The notes beneath the pieces are model-generated. The model made no database searches. It worked only from the letters and a program-made list of their open reading frames with translations, and was not told the origin of the DNA. Positions 40,377 to 44,588 of a DNA stretch of 44,588 nucleotides are shown here, piece by piece (the first letter of the stretch is position 1; each line of letters opens with the position of its first letter). The position numbers and the translations under genes are program-made. Source of the DNA: Myxococcota bacterium. GTDB taxonomy: Bacteria > Myxococcota_A > UBA9160 > UBA4427. The stretch covers positions 1-44,588 of the forward strand of contig JAYZFK010000018.1 of the NCBI GenBank assembly GCA_036336835.1, written 5' to 3'.

Positions 40377-41891
40377 ATGCGCGAGCAACTCCCCAAAGAG
40401 ACCGGGCGATCGGAACTTCCGGTCTACCGCCAGATTGCCCAGTCGATCCGCGAGCGGATCGTGGCCGGCGAGCTGGTGGCCGGCGATCGGCTGGCTCCGA
40501 TCCGGGTGCTCGCCGATCAGCTCGGTGTCAACCGCGACACGGTCTCGCTCGCCTACGACCAGCTGCGCAGCGAAGGGCTCGTCGCCGGCGCGGTCGGGCG
40601 CGGGACGTTCGTGTGCGACGCGGTGCGCAGCGAGCCTATGCCGGCGCCGACGCGCCTGCGCCTCGCGGACCCGATCGACGAGCTGCTGCGCTTCGAAGGG
40701 GCGCGGCCGCGCTTTGCCAGCACGGGCGACCTCGTCGTAATGCATGCGCTGATCCCTGATCCGGCGTTGTATCCCGCCGCGGCGTTCCGGCGCGCGCTGA
40801 ACAAGGTGCTGAACGAGAGCGGGCCCGAGCTGCTGCTGTACGGCGGCGCCCAGGGGCACCCGGGCCTGCGCCAGGTGCTGGCCGCGCGGCTGCGCGCCGA
40901 TGGGCTCGGCATCAGCCCGGACGAGATCGTGCTGTGTCACGGCGCTTCGCAGGGGATCGGGCTCGCGCTGCGCCTGTTCGCACAGGCAGGCGACGCGATC
41001 GCCGTCGAGATTCCGACCTACGGAAACGTGCTCTCCTCGCTGGTTGCGCTCGGAGTCCGACCGGAGGGGGTCGTCATGCGGCCGGACGGCAGTGGGGGAC
41101 AGGCGCCGGATCTCGATGCCGTCGAGCGTGCGCTCGCGCGGCCGGACGTCAAGGCGTTCTACACGATCCCGACGTTCCACAATCCGCTCGGCACGACGAC
41201 GAGCATCGAACATCGTCGCAGTCTGCTCGAGATCGCGACGCGCCACGGCAAGCCGCTGATCGAGGACGCCTTCGAGATGGATCTCCGCTACGAGGGGCGC
41301 GCCGTGCCGTCGCTCGCGGCGCTCGACGAAGCGGGTGTGGTGGTACAGCTGTGCTCGTTCTCGAAGTCGTTGTTCCCGGGCGTGCGCGCCGGCGCAATCG
41401 TGGCTCGTGGTCGCGCGGTCGAGGCACTGATCACGCTCAAGCACGCCACCGACCTGTCGGATTCGATGCCGCTGCAGGCGGCCCTTGCCGAGCTCTTCAG
41501 CAGCGGCGCCTACGATCGACACCTGGGCAAGCTGCGGCGCGAGCTGCGGGCGCGGCGCGATGCGCTGCTCGCGGCGCTCGCGCAAGAGATGCCGGACGGC
41601 ACGACATGGACCCGGCCCGAGGGCGGCTACCAGCTGTGGGTCGAGCTGCCCGACGAGCCCTTCGAGCTCGATACGCGCGACCTGCTGGCCGATGCGGCGC
41701 GCGCCGGCGTGACCTATCACCCGGGCACCTCGTTCCTGCCGGATCGCGCTGCGTCGCGCGGCATGCGTCTGACCGTGGCGCAGGCCGACGCGGGCGAGAT
41801 CCGGCGCGGTGTGGAGGCGCTCGGACGCGTGGTGCGCGAACGCTTCGAGCAAGATCCGGCGGCCCGACAAGCGGCCGCCGTCCAGCTTTGA
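40377..41891 (+). CDS. MocR/GabR-family regulator (GntR wHTH + PLP aminotransferase-like domain), probable PdxR-like
   Basis: PVYRQIA...[40 protein letters not shown] with PLP Lys; directly upstream of pdxST. Confidence 0.9.
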   Translation: MREQLPKETGRSELPVYRQIAQSIRERIVAGELVAGDRLAPIRVLADQLGVNRDTVSLAYDQLRSEGLVAGAVGRGTFVCDAVRSEPMPAPTRLRLADPIDELLRFEGARPRFASTGDLVVMHALIPDPALYPAAAFRRALNKVLNESGPELLLYGGAQGHPGLRQVLAARLRADGLGISPDEIVLCHGASQGIGLALRLFAQAGDAIAVEIPTYGNVLSSLVALGVRPEGVVMRPDGSGGQAPDLDAVERALARPDVKAFYTIPTFHNPLGTTTSIEHRRSLLEIATRHGKPLIEDAFEMDLRYEGRAVPSLAALDEAGVVVQLCSFSKSLFPGVRAGAIVARGRAVEALITLKHATDLSDSMPLQAALAELFSSGAYDRHLGKLRRELRARRDALLAALAQEMPDGTTWTRPEGGYQLWVELPDEPFELDTRDLLADAARAGVTYHPGTSFLPDRAASRGMRLTVAQADAGEIRRGVEALGRVVRERFEQDPAARQAAAVQL

Positions 41892-41911
41892 AACTCACGG
41901 AGGAGAAGACG

Positions 41912-42826
41912 ATGAGCGGCGAAGGAACCAATGGAGCAGGGCGCGTCGGCGCCGAGGCCTTCGAGTTGAAGGTCGGTCTGGCGGAGATGCTCAAGAATGG
42001 CGTCATCATGGATGTCACGACGGCCGAAGAAGCCAAGATCGCCGAGGACTCCGGCGCCTGCGCCGTGATGGCGCTGGAACGCGTTCCGGCCGACATCCGC
42101 CGCGACGGCGGGGTTGCGCGCATGAGCGCGGTCGAGGTGATCGGGGCGATCCAGGCGACGGTATCGATCCCCGTGATGGCCAAGGTGCGGATCGGGCACC
42201 TCGTCGAGGCCCAGCTGCTCGAGGCGCTCGGGGTCGACTTCATCGACGAGAGCGAGGTGCTGACGCCTGCCGATGATCAGTACCACGTCGACAAGCACGC
42301 CTTCCGGGTCCCGTTCGTGTGCGGCTGCCGCAACCTCGGCGAGGCGCTGCGCCGTGTCGGCGAGGGCGCTGCGATGATTCGCACCAAGGGCGAGGCGGGC
42401 AGCGGCAATATCGTCGAGGCGGTGCGTCACCTGCGCGCGGTCAATGGCGACATGCGGGCCGTGCAGGCGCTGCGGCCCGAGGAGCTGATGACCCGGGCCA
42501 AGGAGATGGGGGCGCCCTACGACCTCGTCGTCTACGTGCACGAGCACGGCAAGCTGCCGGTCCCGAACTTCGCAGCGGGCGGTGTGGCCACGCCCGCCGA
42601 CGCGGCGCTGTGCCGCGTGCTCGGTGCAGAGGCCGTGTTCGTGGGATCCGGCATCTTCAAGAGCGACGATCCCGCGGCGCGAGCGCGGGCCATCGTCCAC
42701 GCTGCCACGCACTGGGACGATCCGGCGCAGGTGCTCGAGGCCAGCCGCGGTCTCGGCAAGGCGATGGAAGGCATCGAGATGGAGACGCTCGCCGAGAGCG
42801 AGCGGCTCGCGAACCGCGGCTGGTAG
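41912..42826 (+). CDS. pdxS: PLP synthase subunit PdxS (304 aa)
   Basis: [57 protein letters not shown]-terminal RGW. Confidence 0.97.
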   Translation: MSGEGTNGAGRVGAEAFELKVGLAEMLKNGVIMDVTTAEEAKIAEDSGACAVMALERVPADIRRDGGVARMSAVEVIGAIQATVSIPVMAKVRIGHLVEAQLLEALGVDFIDESEVLTPADDQYHVDKHAFRVPFVCGCRNLGEALRRVGEGAAMIRTKGEAGSGNIVEAVRHLRAVNGDMRAVQALRPEELMTRAKEMGAPYDLVVYVHEHGKLPVPNFAAGGVATPADAALCRVLGAEAVFVGSGIFKSDDPAARARAIVHAATHWDDPAQVLEASRGLGKAMEGIEMETLAESERLANRGW

Positions 42827-42843
42827 CGCGCAGCGCGAGGATC

Positions 42844-43404
42844 GTGTTGCGCGACCGCGTGGGCATCGTCGCCGTTCAGGGCGACATCGAGGCGCACGCC
42901 GCAGCGCTCGAGCGTTGCGGCGTCGAGCCCGTGCGCGTGCTGCGGGCAGAGCAGCTCGACGGCCTGCGCGGGCTGGTGTTGCCGGGCGGCGAGTCGACCA
43001 CGATTGCCAAGGGACTCGACCGGCTCGCTCTGGTCGCGCCACTGCGCGAGTTCGCCCGCGGCGACAGACCGCTGCTCGGGACCTGTGCCGGTGCCATCCT
43101 GTTGTGCCGCAGCAGCCGCAATCACCCGGTGCCGACGCTCGGTCTGCTCGACGCGGTCGCGCGGCGCAACGACTACGGGACGCAGGTCGACTCGTTTGCC
43201 GCACCGTGCGATCCGGGCGGTGCCTTCGAGGATCTGCGCTGCGTTTTCATCCGGGCGCCGCGGCTCGCCGATCTCGGCCCGCGCGTCGAGACGCTGATCC
43301 GCGTGGACGGTGATCCCGTGCTGGTGCGCGACGCGAACGTGCTGGCGGCAACTTTTCATCCCGAGCTCTCGGACGACCTAAGGGTCCACGAGCTACTGGT
43401 TTAG
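42844..43404 (+). CDS. pdxT: PLP synthase glutaminase subunit PdxT
   Basis: VAVQGD, LPGGESTT, GTCAG, FIRAP, FHPEL. Confidence 0.95.
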   Translation: MLRDRVGIVAVQGDIEAHAAALERCGVEPVRVLRAEQLDGLRGLVLPGGESTTIAKGLDRLALVAPLREFARGDRPLLGTCAGAILLCRSSRNHPVPTLGLLDAVARRNDYGTQVDSFAAPCDPGGAFEDLRCVFIRAPRLADLGPRVETLIRVDGDPVLVRDANVLAATFHPELSDDLRVHELLV

Positions 43405-43456
43405 AGGCCCGACGCGAGGGAGAGCGTCGTGCGCCCGTGCCCGGTAGCATGGCTGC

Positions 43457-43864
43457 GTGACATCGCTTCAAACAGTCGGTGTGAGCTTGCAGATCTTCGG
43501 GGACGAGCTGGAGCCGGAGGGCGTGTCGGCGCTGCTTGGCGGGGCCCCGACTCACTCCCACCGCAAGGACGAGCTCGTCGAAGGCGACGCGCTTCCTGCC
43601 GCGACGGGGGCCTGGGTGCTGGAGGCCTCGTTGCCGGACTCGGCCGAGATCGAGGAGTCGGTCGCGAACCTGTTCGGCCGGCTCACCAGTGACGTGGACG
43701 AGTGGGCGACGCTCAGTGCGCAGTTTGCCGTCGACATTCGCTGCGAGCTCGAGCTGGTCGAGAGCGGCGATAGCAGCGACGGCTTCGATCTCTCGCCGCG
43801 GCTGGCTGCCGCTCTGGCCGAGCGGGGCGTCGTGCTGAGCTTCTCGCTCGTCAAGCGCACCTAG
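43457..43864 (+). CDS. Hypothetical protein, DUF4279-like
   Basis: SLQIFGDELEPEGVSALLG..PT....K, W.LE, FDLSP.L...LAERG pattern. Confidence 0.7.
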   Translation: MTSLQTVGVSLQIFGDELEPEGVSALLGGAPTHSHRKDELVEGDALPAATGAWVLEASLPDSAEIEESVANLFGRLTSDVDEWATLSAQFAVDIRCELELVESGDSSDGFDLSPRLAAALAERGVVLSFSLVKRT

Positions 43865-43974
43865 GCCCTCTTGCCCGGCTCCCAAACCGGGGGCTGCTTG
43901 CAGGCGGTGGCCGTGCGGGCTATCCCTCGGCCTCCACATTGTCCGTGGGGCCCGCGCCTGCGACACCGACGATC

Positions 43975-44067
43975 TCTCTCAGTCCTCGAGGGCGCGCCGC
44001 CATCACTCGCAGCGCGGCGGCCGTACGGCGAGGGCTCGGGCCGCGCGGCCCGTCCACGAGGAGGCCC
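43975..44067 (+). promoter_or_regulatory. Candidate S6:S18 autoregulatory leader RNA
   Basis: TCCTCG (43983-88) can pair with CGAGGA (44057-62) covering the SD; unpaired CCA (44054-56) directly 5' of it; GGGC/GCCC inner stem. Confidence 0.6.
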
Positions 44068-44588
44068 ATGCGGGAATACGAAACGATGTTCGTGGTTCAG
44101 CCGGAGATCTCCGACGAGGGAGCGGCGGCCATCCTTGGCAAGCTCGACGGCGAGCTCGACCGGCACGGCTCGGCGCGCCTGCTGTGTGAAGACTGGGGCA
44201 GGCGCAAGCTCGCCTACGAGATCGACAAGTTCCAGAAGGGCCACTACCGGATCCTGCGCTACCTCGACGAGGGGCAGGTGGTGCCCGACCTCGAGCGTCA
44301 GCTGCGACTCGAGGAGTCGGTGCTGCGCTTCCTGACCATCGTGGTCGACAGCGACGTCAAGGACGTCGAGGCCCGCAAAGCTCTCGCCGCCGAGGAAGAA
44401 GCCGAGCAGGCTCGCCGCGCTGCCGAGCGCGCTGAGCGCGATGCCGACGAGGCGCGCCAGCGCGAGGAAGCCGACCGCTACAAGGCCGAGCAGGAAGCTG
44501 CCGCCGCCGAAGCTGCGGCGGCGCGCGAGGCCGCTGACAAAGCCGAGAGCGAAGCCGCCGAGGCCGCTGCCGCTGCCGAGGAGCCGGC
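44068..44588 (+). CDS. rpsF: 30S ribosomal protein S6 (partial, runs off window) with long Ala/Glu/Arg-rich extension
   Basis: MREYETMFVVQPEI, WGRRKLAYEI, GHY, VLRFLT; GAGGAGG RBS. Confidence 0.96.
   Translation, partial: MREYETMFVVQPEISDEGAAAILGKLDGELDRHGSARLLCEDWGRRKLAYEIDKFQKGHYRILRYLDEGQVVPDLERQLRLEESVLRFLTIVVDSDVKDVEARKALAAEEEAEQARRAAERAERDADEARQREEADRYKAEQEAAAAEAAAAREAADKAESEAAEAAAAAEEP

Overview
High-GC chromosomal segment of a diderm bacterium (lolA, bamD, pilT-family gene, sigma54 promoters). Gene content and order suggest a deltaproteobacterial/Myxococcota-like host; this is inference. Most of the window is core housekeeping: ssb, ftsK-lolA, mreB, ruvX-mltG, pgpA-cinA-thpR-recA, alaS-ispG, bamD, ispE-tRNA-Gln-prs-rplY-pth, rpsF. 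The standout is a complete Pup-proteasome operon (arc-dop-pup-prcB-prcA-pafA, 4343-11066), a system best known from Actinomycetota and Nitrospirota. Here it has a GGQ-ending Pup with a ~20-aa N-terminal extension, a near-consensus sigma54 (-24/-12) promoter with candidate tandem enhancer sites, and a tightly linked membrane coiled-coil gene. A second accessory unit is a sigma54-type operon of a GT-B glycosyltransferase plus an ACP-like protein lacking the phosphopantetheine serine. A leaderless MocR regulator-pdxS-pdxT module with a nested palindromic operator lies between pth and rpsF. No CRISPR array, transposase, integrase or rRNA was seen.
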